Assembly: GCA_964016885.1 (NCBI GenBank)
Contig: OZ024746.1
Coordinates: 77,686,001-77,750,000 of the forward strand
Length of the DNA: 64,000 bases
Direction: 5' to 3'
From: Eledone cirrhosa
Lineage: Eukaryota
A program made the translations under genes and the position numbers. Numbering within the stretch: position 1 is the first letter of the stretch; each line of letters starts with the position of its first letter. Shown here one piece after another: positions 12,566 through 24,568 of the stretch. Under the pieces are notes generated by a model. That model was not told the DNA's origin, ran no database searches, and saw nothing but the letters and a program-made list of their open reading frames with translations.

Positions 12566-12800
12566 CAAAAAAAGCACCCAGCCCACACTGTAAAGTGGAC
12601 GTGTAGGCGCCACGAAAAAGCACCCAGCACTCACTGTAAATGAGGTTGGTGTTAGGAAGGGCATCCAGCTGTAGAAATCAAGCCAGATCAGTTCCTGTAT
12701 GAGCAAGGCATGGTCAGCCGACCAGACACTGCCCACAACAGGACAACCCGTCTAACCCATGCTAGCGTGGAAGAACGGACGTAAAACGGTGATGATGATG
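12566..12800 (+). mobile_element. SINE 3' half with RTE-derived tail (family E)
   Basis: AAAAGCACCCAGCACTCACTGTAAATGAGGTTGGTGTTAGGAAGGGCATCCAGCTGTAGAAA...GGACGTAAAACGGTGATGATG. Confidence 0.75.
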
Positions 12801-13954
12801 TGTGTGTGTGTTTGTGTAAATATTTTTTATTTAGTCATGGAACTTGGTTTGTGTGTGATTGATAAATGATCTTTGTTACTAACACAGGTGGTGTTAATAC
12901 TGCTGTTCCAGAATCTAGTTATCTCGCCTTCCTCCAACTTATTGCTGTGGTGTGAGCATGCATGCATGTGTGTGTGTGTGTGTGTGTGTGTGAGAGAATC
13001 CTTTGGAAACTGAGAAAGAACCCTTCTACTGCAGTCTGTAATTGAACCAAAGTCAGAATCCAATACTAATTATGTTCCTACTCTGTTTTCTGAGTTCAAA
13101 TCCTGCTGAGGCTGTCTCTGCTTTGAATGTTTCAGGGGTTGAAATAAATTACTAGGTTATGATGGTGTGTTGTAGGAATTCTTTGAGTGTCACTCAAGAT
13201 GCCTTACAGATTTGAATTTTTTTTTTTTTTTTTCTTTCAAACTTCCAATTTCTTTTTGGCCTACTTGTTTGGGAGATTTATTCTGTCTCTTAGTTTCAAA
13301 TCAGGGGTAAAATACCCTTGTTGATGGGATGTGGGGGGCAACTGACATCCTGTCCATATCTATAAACGTGTTTCACCCAATTTTCTATGCTATTATTTAT
13401 AGCAATCAATTGTTGTTAAGAGTTATTTTTCTGAATTCGGGATTCCTATGTTTTCTAAAGGAATTTCAATTTATTCAGCATTTGATAGTTTGAATATGTT
13501 TTATTTATATGACTTCCTACTATATCAAGCATAAAAACTAATAATATATTTCTTCATTGTATTGTGTCATTTGATTTGTTACTTATGTTTGCTTTTTGCA
13601 TATATATATTTATATATATATATATAGTAATAATAATAAATTTGAAGACTAAAATCCAAAGAGGGCTCGATAAGGATAAATATATATCAAATATATAAAA
13701 ACCGTAGAGCAAATATTTATTAAAATAACAGATTAAAGTTTAAGCAAAGAATCGCTGCTTTCACCCTTAACGGGATCTTCTGAAACTAACAAAGTCAATC
13801 TGTGAACGCAGAATTGAATATTTCAAAAAACGTTGCAACCGGAGGAAGACAGGAAGACGATACTTTGGTTCGTGGAAACGTTCCCTGGCAAAGAAGAGGA
13901 AAAAAACGAATATAATACGTCATTAATAGGAGCGGTGAAAAACAATCAAAATGT

Positions 13955-14181
13955 TGTGGGTTCGATTCCTGGGTTTCGTGTTGTGTTCTTGAGCAAAACA
14001 CTTCATTTCGCATTGCTCCAGTATACTCAGCTGAAAATGAGTACCAGCAATAGGTGGGGGTTTAATCCTGCGATGGACTGGCGTCTTGTCCAGGGGGAGT
14101 CTTGTACTCTCAGTCACTTCATGCCATGCAACCTGGATAAACACCGGCCAAATCAGCCTTCTGGCTTAAGACAGACTTTAG

Positions 14182-14182
<1 letters not shown>
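13955..14182 (+). mobile_element. tRNA-derived SINE with widespread metazoan central domain
   Basis: B-box GGTTCGATTCC, then TTCTTGAGCAAAACACTT, AAATGAGTACC, CCTGCGATGGACTGGC..TCCAGGGGGAG and a GACTTTA end. Confidence 0.7.
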
Positions 14183-14212
<30 letters not shown>

Positions 14213-14213
<1 letters not shown>

Positions 14214-14321
14214 AAGAAAGGCCTCATTGACCTGTATAAAAATGTAAGCCGGAGCAATATATATCAATGATATATAATGCTCCGGCTTACACTTTTATAC
14301 AGGTTGTTGAGTGCTTTCTTT
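14213..14321. repeat. ~54-bp-arm fold-back
   Basis: AAAGAAAG..CCTGTATAAAAATGTAAGCCGGAGCAATATATATCA-a-TGATATATAATGCTCCGGCTTACACTTTTATACAGG..CTTTCTTT; begins at a (TA)n run. Confidence 0.9.
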
Positions 14322-14394
14322 TATCTACTTCACAACCGACAGACTATTATGTGGTCCACACATCTTTGTTCAGTTAATCCCTAACTATAATTAC

Positions 14395-14429
<35 letters not shown>

Positions 14430-14700
14430 CACACACCTTATAACAGCCCAAGCATGCTTGTTTACAAAGAAATACAAATAGATGCCATTTACACAGATTA
14501 CATGGACTGTATTGGAATGGTAGAACCAATATTTCTAGCCTAATCTCTCCATCCCTTCTTTCATCTCTTGCCTCTAGAGCTTGACTTATACAATAGTTAT
14601 CTATTTTATCATTAGCTAGTCAATTGTATTTGTGATTATCTCTCTATTAATTGGTTCTTTATTGATTGTCCACCTATTACTAATATTTCCAATATGTCTT

Positions 14701-14761
<61 letters not shown>

Positions 14762-15257
14762 TTCTTTTTCTTTTTCTTTTTCTTTTTCTTCTTCTTTTTC
14801 TTTTTCTTCTTCTTCTTCTTCTTCTTTATTGATGATATTGATTGAGGTATCAAAGTCCAGTCACAACAAAAGTAAAAGAGATAAAAGTAGTTAGGATTAT
14901 TATTATTATTATTATTATTAGTATTAATGTTAAGCATTGAAAGATAAATCAAAAATAATTTCTTGAACTGCCTTACTGGAAGTAATGTCTAATGTTTTTT
15001 TTTCTCCATCTACTCGTCTTTAACTGTGACTGTTTTAGTTATTATATTTTATTGATTGCCTGTTTTATTATGATTACCGATTAACAGATGATTACCATGT
15101 ACTTATGTACTGTTCTGCCACCTGAACCTCCCTATACCCTAACACTTCACCTCTCACCCTCACTGGCTTGCTCCTGGAACTGGTGGTATAATCAGGGAAA
15201 GAGATGTGGTGGAGCGAGTAAGGCTGGGATGTGTGTGAGTGGTGGTGGTGTTTTAAT

Positions 15258-15314
<57 letters not shown>

Positions 15315-15786
15315 CACATTGTTTGACATTTGGCACTGATAAATGGGAAAGGGCAATTTGCTCTTTCCTGCTGCTGTAATGTAAGCAATTGTGAACAATA
15401 ATTGCATAGTTGTAGAGAGTCTTTTAGGCAGCTTAACCCTTTCATTACCATATTTCTAATGAAAGGCACTACATAGTATTTTGAAAATAATGAAGAATTT
15501 GAAGGGATTTCGAAATCTAATGAACTTATTATTGACTCTTTCATTACCATATTTCTAATGAAAGACCCTACATTGTATTTTCACCCTCACCCTCTCTCTT
15601 ACACACACACACAGAGGGGTGTTTGAAAAACCAGTTTAACCTTTTTGTTAGCATATTTCTAATGAAAGACACAGCATATAGTTTTCAAATCAAATGATTT
15701 TCAAAATAATCAAGAATTTGGAAAGATTTAGTAATATAATTAACTTTCTCACCATTAATCTGGTTTTTAGAACTCAACTTAACAGC

Positions 15787-15823
<37 letters not shown>

Positions 15824-15838
15824 GTGGAAGGCTTTTAT

Positions 15839-16810
15839 ATCATCATCATCATCATCAGGTTTAGCGTCCGTGTTCCACGCTTGCATGGGTTTGGACGGGG
15901 GTTTTCCCACTTGAGGCAAGAGTGGTTGTCTTGCTCGCATAGGACTGTCTGGCGGGTTTTCTACAGTTGGATGCCCTTCCTAACACCAACCACATTTACA
16001 GTGTGGGGCTGGGAGGTTTTTACCGTGTTGCCTACACGGCCACATTACAGCGTGGACTGTCTGGCTGGTTTTCTAGAGCTGGATGCCCTTCCTAACACCA
16101 ACCACATTTACAGTGTGGGGCTGGGAGGTTTTTACCGTGTTGCCTACACGGCCACATTTACAGCGTGGACTGTGTGTTTTTTGTCGTGACACCTACACGA
16201 TCTCATTTGTTTCGGCCTGGATGTTGTGGGACCAACATAACTTTACATTGAAAGGGGCGGTGTGGGTGGGGTGGAGGTGGTGGGTCGGGGGTGTGTTTTG
16301 ATAGAGGTGCCTACTGACTGTAGTAGGTTTTTACTTTGTATTTAGGTAAGGCGGGTCTTCTCTATTACTGAGTACCGCCAAAGGTCTCGGTCCAGTGACA
16401 TTGTCTTGGAGAGGTGTAAGCGTGTGAGGTCGGAATTTATCAGCTCGTCCCATGTTTTTCTGGGTCTGCCTACTCCGTGGCTACCGTCTATCTTTATTGC
16501 CCTGCACTTTGTTATACAGCTGTCGTCTTTCATGCGCATCACGTGACCGTACCAACGTAGCCTTCTCTCGAGTAAACAACATCTGATCCCTCTTATTTCT
16601 AATTTTTTCCTTAGTTCGTTTATGCTTTGCCGTTCACGTATATTACTATTGCACATCCAGCGGAGCATGCAAGCTTCGTTCCTCTCTAGTCTGCGTATAT
16701 CCTCTGCACACAATGCCCAGGTCTCACTGCCATGCAGCATTGCTGTTCGTATGCAGGCATCGTATAACCTGCCTTTCATTTTTAGGGAGAACCCTCTAGC
16801 GGCTAATAGT

Positions 16811-16814
<4 letters not shown>
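15839..16814 (-). mobile_element. 5'-truncated RTE LINE family A with ~112-bp duplication in the 3' UTR
   Basis: ORF 16342..16779 (KGRLYDACIRTAMLHGSETW...RLRWYGHVMRM...GRPRKTW); (CAT)n tail at 15839-15856; 15942-16053 is repeated at 16054-16166; the 5' end abuts (TA)n. Confidence 0.95.
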
Positions 16815-16852
<38 letters not shown>

Positions 16853-16899
16853 AAGAGTGAAGAATAACATGGTCAACAGTACAAAAGGGATTTTATTTA

Positions 16900-17013
16900 C
16901 AGCATTAATAATTGTTTCATTTGATTAGGGTGTCTAAAAATTGCTAATCACTTGAAGTTGTGTCACTCAATTTTAAATACAATATATGCCTAATCAAATC
17001 ATCAGAATAACTG
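16900..17013 (-). ncRNA. Hammerhead-ribozyme-like motif (type I, long stem II, probably degenerate) in a Penelope-like remnant
   Basis: Minus strand: CAGUUAUU-CUGAUGA-UUUGAUUAGG...CCUAAUCAAA-U-GAAAC-AAUU-AUU-AAUGCUG, followed by AAUAAA. Confidence 0.5.
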
Positions 17014-17138
17014 ATTAAAATTAAAATTATACACTGCGTTTGTAATATACGTTAAAACTATCCACAATACGCAATACTCACAACCTCTAACTGGATTACC
17101 TATAACAATAATTTGTTATCCCATATATATATATAATG

Positions 17139-17461
17139 ACTTAGTGGTGAGAGCATTGGCCTTGCAATCGAAAGGTTGTGAGTTCAATTCTCAGACCGGG
17201 TGATGTGTTGTTTCCTTGAGTAAGACACTTTATTTCACATTGCTCCAGTTTACTCAGCTGTAGAAATGAGATGATAGGGACTAGAGTCCCTATCATTCCA
17301 CTGCGAAGTGGTCGTGGAGGTGCCACGGCAAAAAAGCACCCAGCACTCACTGTAAAGGAGGTTGGTGTTAGGAAGGGCATCCAGCTGTAGAAATCAAGCC
17401 AGGGTCAGTTCCCGTCCCACCCTTGCAAGCATGGAAAAAGCGGACGTAAAATGAAATGATG

Positions 17462-17462
<1 letters not shown>
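17139..17462 (+). mobile_element. tRNA-headed SINE with RTE 3' tail (family E)
   Basis: CTTAGTGG A-box remnant, GAGTTCAATTC B-box, CCTTGAGTAAGACACTT domain and LINE-like tail GGACGTAAAATGA; near-identical to 29770-30117. Confidence 0.85.
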
Positions 17463-17489
<27 letters not shown>

Positions 17490-17492
<3 letters not shown>

Positions 17493-18571
17493 GTGAAGAG
17501 TTTAGCGTAAAAGTTGGCGTCCATCAGGGCTCTGTTCTCAGCCCCCTACTATTTATTATTGCCCTTCAGGCTATAACAGAGGAGTTCAAGACCGGCTGCC
17601 CATGGGAACTCCTATACGCAGACGACCTAACACTCATAGCTGAATCAATGGCCGAGCTAGAGAAGAAATTCCAAACATGGAAGCACGGCCTAGAATCGAA
17701 AGGCCTTAAAATTAATCTGGCTAAGACCAAAGTTCTAGTTTGTAGGAAAGAAAATAAGGTGGCGGTCCCTTCCGGGAAGTGGCCATGCTCAGTGTGTAGG
17801 AAAGGCGTAGGTAGAAACTCCATTTTGTGTCAGAAATGCAAAGTATGGGTGCATAAAAGATGTAGTGGGATCACAGGTAAGCTAACTAAGAACATAGATT
17901 TCACATGTGGCCGGTGCTCTGGTGCAATAAGTAGCAGCAAGTGCCCACAAAATACTAGCTCTTTCAACTGCGCAGAGGGCTCTATAGAAATAGTGGACAG
18001 CTTCCGTTACCTGGGTGACAAAATCAGCAGTGGGGGAGGGTGCTCTGAAAGTACAGTAGCTAGAGTCAGAACTAGATGGAAAAAGTTCAGAGAGCTTATA
18101 CCACTATTAGCCGCTAAAGGGTTCTCCCTAAAAACGAAAGGCAGGTTGTATGATGCCTGCATACGAACAGCAATGTTGCATGGCAGTGAGACCTGAGCAT
18201 TGTGTGCAGAGGATATACGCAGACTAGAGAGGAACGAAGCTTGCATGCTCCGCTGGATGTGTAATAGTAATATACGTGAACGGCAAAGCATAAGCGAACT
18301 AAGGAAAAAATTAGAAATAAGAGGGATCAGATGTTGTTTACTCGAGAGAAGGCTACGTTGGTATGGACACGTGATGCGCATGAAAGCCGATAGCTGTATA
18401 ACAAAGTGCAGGGCGATAAAGATAGACGGTAGCCACGGAATAGGCAGACCCAGAAAAACCTGGGACGAACTGATAAACTCCGACCTCACACACTTACACC
18501 TCTCCAAGACAATGTCACTGGACCGAGACCTTTGGCGGTACTCAGTAATAGAGAAGACCCGCCTTACCTAA
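17490..18571 (+). pseudogene. RTE ORF2 C-terminal half: reverse transcriptase with inserted PHD-type zinc finger, one premature stop
   Basis: GVHQGSVLSPLLF, YADD, GLKINLAKTKVL, then CSVC..CQKC..HKRC..CGRC, then VDSFRYLG; TGA at 18194-18196 where the 16342-16779 copy has TGG (W). Confidence 0.93.
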
Positions 18572-18960
18572 ATACATAGTAAAACCTACTACAGTCAGTA
18601 GGCATCTCTAACAAAATACACCCCCGTCCCACCCCATCCACACCGCCCCCTTCTATGTAAAGTTATGTTGGTGCCACACCATCCAGGCCGAAATAAATGA
18701 GATCGTGTAGGTGTCACGACAAAAAAAAACACACAGTCCACGCTGTAATGTGGCCGTGTAGGCAACACGGTAAAAACCTCCCAGACCCACACTGTAAATG
18801 TGGTTGGTGTTAGGAAGGGCATTCAACTGTAGAAAACCTGCCAGACAGTCCTATGCGAGCAAGACAATCACTCTTACCTCAAGTGGGAAAACCCCCGTCC
18901 AAACCCATGCAAGCGTGGAACACGGACGTTAAACGTTGATGATGATGATGATGATGATGA
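17490..18960 (+). mobile_element. 5'-truncated RTE LINE family A (longest copy, ~1.47 kb)
   Basis: RT motifs, C-terminal region, 3' UTR and (GAT)n tail; both ends embedded in (TA)n. Confidence 0.96.
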
Positions 18961-19790
18961 CATATATATATATATGTGTGTGTTGGAAGGTATTTAGATA
19001 GATATAAACATTTTAAAACAATAGTTTCTCATATCATAGAACCAGTTTCAGGTAGTTTGGATATAAAATTGGTTAGCACACACAGTTATATTCACTTTTC
19101 ATTTATTTCCTAGCACCATTGTGACCTGCTCTTTGTCATCATCATTAACATTATCATTACTACAACCATCACCTCTATCATTATCATATCATCGTTCAGA
19201 GCATCACCACCACAATCACCATCATCATCATCCTCGGTACCATTCATTATCCATACCATCGCCACAACCAACACCACCACTGTATATGCCATCATTATCA
19301 AAACCACCACCATTTTCATCATCATCATCATCATCACCACCACCACCACCACCACCACCACCACCACCATAACCACCACCACCACCACCACCCATGAAAA
19401 TTGATGTTTGAAATCTTGGAGTGTTTTTGGAGATGGCATTAGGAATGACAGCATAACATAAAGAATAAATAAACAAATCATTCTAATTGTCATCCTTAGC
19501 ACCATCCACACCATTCATTTGTTTTTATTTTTTAGTTTTAATATGTTTGTGTTTTACATGTGGATTTGTAATTTTTAAAGGAAAGTGTCATTGTTGAGTT
19601 CTTGTGTTACCATATTTCTAATGAAAAAAACACTGTCTGTAATTTTCAAATGATTTTCAAAATAAACAAGTTGTAGAGATCTTCTAATATTATTAATAAT
19701 TTACTAACTTTCTCATTATTAAGTTGTTTAGAATGTATCTCAACAAAAATTGTTACAGAACATTATGATGGATGGTTATTTGGTTAGATA

Positions 19791-20007
19791 TTAACCCTTT
19801 AGGATTTAAACCGGTCAGAATTCTCTCACCTCTTTCTGTTCAAACTGACTAACTGGCCACTCATACTGATGTTAAGTCGTTGTTCTTAAAATAAATAATA
19901 TCAAAATCTCATAGATTTGATATTATGTGAGATAATTATGTGAGGTAAAGCCTTTACTGAGAAAATACAATAGTAAATATAGAGTAATGTAAATGTTAAA
20001 GGGTAAA
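19791..20007 (+). mobile_element. MITE family A nested in a family B copy (~19600-20070, minus)
   Basis: TTAACCCTTTAGGATTTA ... AAATGTTAAAGGGTAA, flanked by the two halves of a family B element. Confidence 0.75.
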
Positions 20008-20568
20008 GTAAACCGTTTTGTATATAAGAGCCAAGGGTGGTTTCGAGCAGTTTCGTATCAAAAAGGTTAACCTTTTTGTTAGCCTGTTTCTAATGAAAGA
20101 CACTGCCTATGATTTTAAAACCATCTTGAAAATAAAAATTTTGGAGGGTCTTATTAATATACTCTAATATTCTATTGTGTTCCAGCCTAGAGGTAGAGGC
20201 CATGCTGGGACACCACAAACTTTTTTTTTTTTTTTAGTTGTTGTTTGGAACATAACTTAATACAGGTTCTTAAATAAAATTATGTTGAAAGGTTTAGATA
20301 AATATAAACACTTTCAAACAAATAACTTCATGTCATAGAACCAGGGATGGTTTCAGGCAGCTTTGTATCAAAAGTACAGGTGATGATAAATTCCCTTCTC
20401 CTCTTCTCTCTATCTCTCACTGCCACCCTCTCTTTTTTTTCGTCCTCCCTCTGTCTTCTTTCTTGACCAAACCAAAGCTATTGTAGGCAACACACACATA
20501 CACGTGTGTGTATGTGTATAAGTATATAAATATGTATGTATATATAAGTGTATATATGTATATATATG

Positions 20569-20651
<83 letters not shown>

Positions 20652-20653
<2 letters not shown>

Positions 20654-21254
20654 CAGGTCACCAGTTGGTGCTACTGGTAACATGTATCCCAGTACAACCT
20701 GACTCATGGTCGAGTCATTGGTGACTAAACTGGCAACCCCGCCAAGGTTTCTTGGTGAGGAGGGTGACTTTGGACATCCTGCAGGACTAAAAACAAAACC
20801 TGTCAAAGGGCAAAGGAGCTCTTAAGAGTCAATGGCCATCCAAAATCACCGGGAGAGATGACCCCTTAACCTTTGTCAAGTCCGAATTCTAGGAGAAGGA
20901 AAACTCTGATATAACACCTGCAACCCTGATGGTATCCAATGATGTTGACTTGTTCTTCTTTTTGGTAAATATCATCTTGGTTAAGAGAGTGGGACTGGCT
21001 TTGTGCAGTGCCTTTGCTCACTATAAAAGCTTCACGGCACAGGCATTGCTTTATATCTGGAGATCTCTCTGCACTTGTCGTCACATGGTACCATGGGCCC
21101 AGCACTATGTGTCAGTAATTGTCACAAGTGTAGTGTTTGTACTAGAGTTTTCAAGTCGCTGGCTGGACTAAAAAGTCACACTCGTTCAGCGCATCGGTGG
21201 GGGTTCTCCTACATGGATATAAAGTGGCCATACTCGAAAACGAGTTGGCAGCCA

Positions 21255-21257
<3 letters not shown>
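20652..21257 (+). mobile_element. Internally deleted RTE-type element (5' UTR-like part plus C2H2-finger 3' end)
   Basis: 5' part has TAAACTGGCAACCCCGCC..AAAACAAAACCTGTC..CTAGGAGAAGGAAAACTCTGA; 21123-21194 encodes [24 protein letters not shown]; flanked by (TG)n and (TA)n. Confidence 0.6.
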
Positions 21258-21326
<69 letters not shown>

Positions 21327-21517
21327 GTATATATATATGTATGTATATATATATGTATGTATATATATATGTATGTATATATATATGTATGTATATATAT
21401 ATGTATCTATATATATATATATATATGTATGTATATATATATATATGTATGTATATATATATATGTATGTATATATATATGTATGTATATATATATGTAT
21501 GTATATATATATGTATC

Positions 21518-21550
<33 letters not shown>

Positions 21551-21582
21551 ATATATATATATGTATGTATATATATATATGC

Positions 21583-21656
<74 letters not shown>

Positions 21657-21657
21657 G

Positions 21658-21688
<31 letters not shown>

Positions 21689-21807
21689 GTATGTATATAT
21701 ATATATGTATGTATATATATATATATATATGTATGTATATATATATATATATATATGTATGTATATATATATATATATATGTATGTATATATATATATAT
21801 ATGTATG

Positions 21808-21874
<67 letters not shown>

Positions 21875-21879
21875 GTATG

Positions 21880-21910
<31 letters not shown>

Positions 21911-22049
21911 GTATATATATATGTATATATATATATGTGCATGTATGTGTGTATATATATATATATACATGTATATATATGTATATATATATGTATATAT
22001 ATATATGTGCATGTATGTGTATATATATATATATACATGTATATATATG

Positions 22050-22112
<63 letters not shown>

Positions 22113-22320
22113 GTGTATGTGTATATATATGTGTGTGTGTGTGTATATATATATATATACATATATACATGTATATATATATATATATATGTGTGTGTAT
22201 ATGTGTATGTGTATATATATGTGTGTGTATATATATATATATGTGTGTGTATATATGTATGTATGTATATACATATATATATATGTGTGTGTGTGTGTAT
22301 ATGTATACACACACACATAC
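21258..22320. repeat. ~1.06-kb (TA)n/(TATG)n/(TG)n microsatellite
   Basis: Direct reading; source of several spurious 280-590 aa ORFs. Confidence 0.97.
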
Positions 22321-23624
22321 AATCATCATTTCTCTCTTCCTCACTCGTTCCTTCACCCCCACCTCTTCCCCTCATACTCTATAATAGCTACAGTTTGAAA
22401 GAAATTCTTGCTACTTTCTTATTCCTAGTTTGTCAAGAAGCCAAGTGGAAAAGGAAAAACAAACAAACAAACAAAAAGATCTCAAAAAGACGGAGAAGAA
22501 ATTTGATGATAGAAAGAACAAAACAATCAAATGTATACTCACATACAAACACCCACACACTCATACTCACACACACATACAAATACACACTCACACACAC
22601 ACACAAACACACACAAACACACATACATACAAACATACACTCACATATAAACACACATACACATACATACATACACACACACAAACACAAATATCCACAC
22701 ACTCACACACAATCACACTCACAAACATCCACCCACACAATCACCCCCGCCCCACACAAAGACAAACACATACTCACTCACGAACACACAAACACATACT
22801 CACTCATGAACACAAACACCCACACACTCACACACATATAAACAATCACACACAAACAACCACACACTCACACAAACACACACATGTGTGTATATATATT
22901 CTCCTCCTCATCATCATAGCAGGGGTTGTGTGTGTGTGTCTACATATAATATTAATAACAATAAAGAAAAACCCCTAAATCTCTCTTACTCTAACTGAAG
23001 GACTCAAAAAATAGATTGCCAACTGAATTGCTAATGTTGCAAACTATTGTGATTGCCTCTGGAAAATAATGCAAGTGTTATTGAAATTCCCCCCCCCCCC
23101 CCCCATCTTTTTTTCTCTTTCCTTCCACGTCTTTCCATGCACCCACCCATCTTTTTTTCACTATCCTCCTCCTCTTAAATTTTCAAGTCCAAGGTAAAAT
23201 CAAAGAAAAAAAAAAACAGAAAAAAGAACCAAAGTAAGCCGATAAACAAAAAGCTAAAAAAAAAAATAAAAGGAAAAAAAATGAAGAAAAACTGCCTGAG
23301 GATTTTTCAAATGGTTGTTGAGACATTTGGCTCTAAATCAAAATATCCAGTGTCCTTGCTATCTCATTATCTTTCAGATAATGATAGCAAGGTGGTAAAT
23401 CATATCGACCATCTTGCTTCCTTCCTTTCTTTCTTTCTTTCTTTTATCCTTTATTCTTCCATTTTCTGTCAATGATGTATTGGCATTAGACCAAGCTATA
23501 CCTAAATTCCTCTCTTACACAGAGGCCCTGTTACACTGATATTAGAAACAAAAGCCTTATGTCCAATTTTTAGGGGCTTTTTTTTCTTTTTTTCTTCTTT
23601 TTTTTTTGCTTCTGATACCAACCG

Positions 23625-24180
23625 AACCCAACACAACCTAGACCAGCTCTGGTTCTCTTAGAACCCTTTGATACCAACCCAAACCAGTTCTGATTCTCTT
23701 AAAACCGTTTGATATCAACCCAATGCAACCCAAACCAGTTCTGATTCTCTTGAAACCTTTTGATATAAAGCCAATGCAACCCAAACCAGTTCTGATTCTC
23801 TTGAAACCTTTTGATATAAAGCCAATGCAACTAAAACCAACTCTGTTCTCTTAAAACCTTCCGATACCATCTCAACACAACCCAAACCACCTCTGGTTCT
23901 CTTAAAACCTTCTGATACCATCTCAACACAACCCAAACTAGTTCTGGTTCTCTTAAAACCTTCCGATACCATCTCAACACAACCCAAACCACCTCTGGTT
24001 CTCTTAAAACCTTCTGATACCATCTCAACACAACCCAAACCACCTCTGGTTCTCTTAAAACCTTCTGATACCATCTCAACACAACCCAAACTAGTTCTGG
24101 TTCTCTTAAAATCTTCTGATACCATCTCAACACAACTCAAACCAGCTCTGGTTCTATGAAACAAAAGCACCTATTTTAAA
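23625..24180. repeat. 51-bp minisatellite related to the MITE family B terminus
   Basis: Unit CTCTTAAAACCTTCTGATACCATCTCAACACAACCCAAACCACCTCTGGTT, about ten copies diverging leftward. Confidence 0.9.
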
Positions 24181-24261
24181 GGGTCTTTTTTTCTTCTCCT
24201 CTTTTTTTTTTCACCCACATATCTCCAATTGATCTTGCTGATCTCCAAGTAAGATCAGCTA

Positions 24262-24568
24262 AGCTCATGGATGTTATCCAATTATCTTGCTTGGGGTTTA
24301 TCCCTGGGTCTCCTGCCGGTTGGTTTTGCCCGTAAAATCTGTCCAGTTTGTCTTTCCTGAGATATTCTAACCCATGTCCGTAGTATCAGAGCTGTGATCT
24401 CACAATTCGGAGGAAGTAGCAGCTCTAACTGGAGTGACTCTCTGATCTCGAGTTATTCAGTCTATCGAGTAACATCACTCCAAAGACCCACCGGAGGAAC
24501 TTCATTTCAGCCTCTTGTATTTGCGATCCTATTCTTTTGGTCATTACTCAATATTCTAGATCATAGGG
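24262..24568 (-). mobile_element. Old RTE-clade (Rex3/Expander-like) LINE fragment
   Basis: Minus strand, frameshifted: VMTKRIGSQIQEAEMKFLRWVFGV...RSQL*YYGH...QILRAKPTGRRPRDKPQAR*LDNIHE; same family as 62030-62155. Confidence 0.75.

Noticed and set aside
17456-18196. Active or host reverse transcriptase gene
   Set aside because: 5'-truncated at a TA run (the start codon lies outside the element), no endonuclease domain, premature TGA.
21075-22841. 588-aa ORF and the overlapping 280-395 aa ORFs
   Set aside because: Read-through of a (TA)/(TATG)/(CA) microsatellite; only the short C2H2 motif is meaningful and it appears retroelement-derived.
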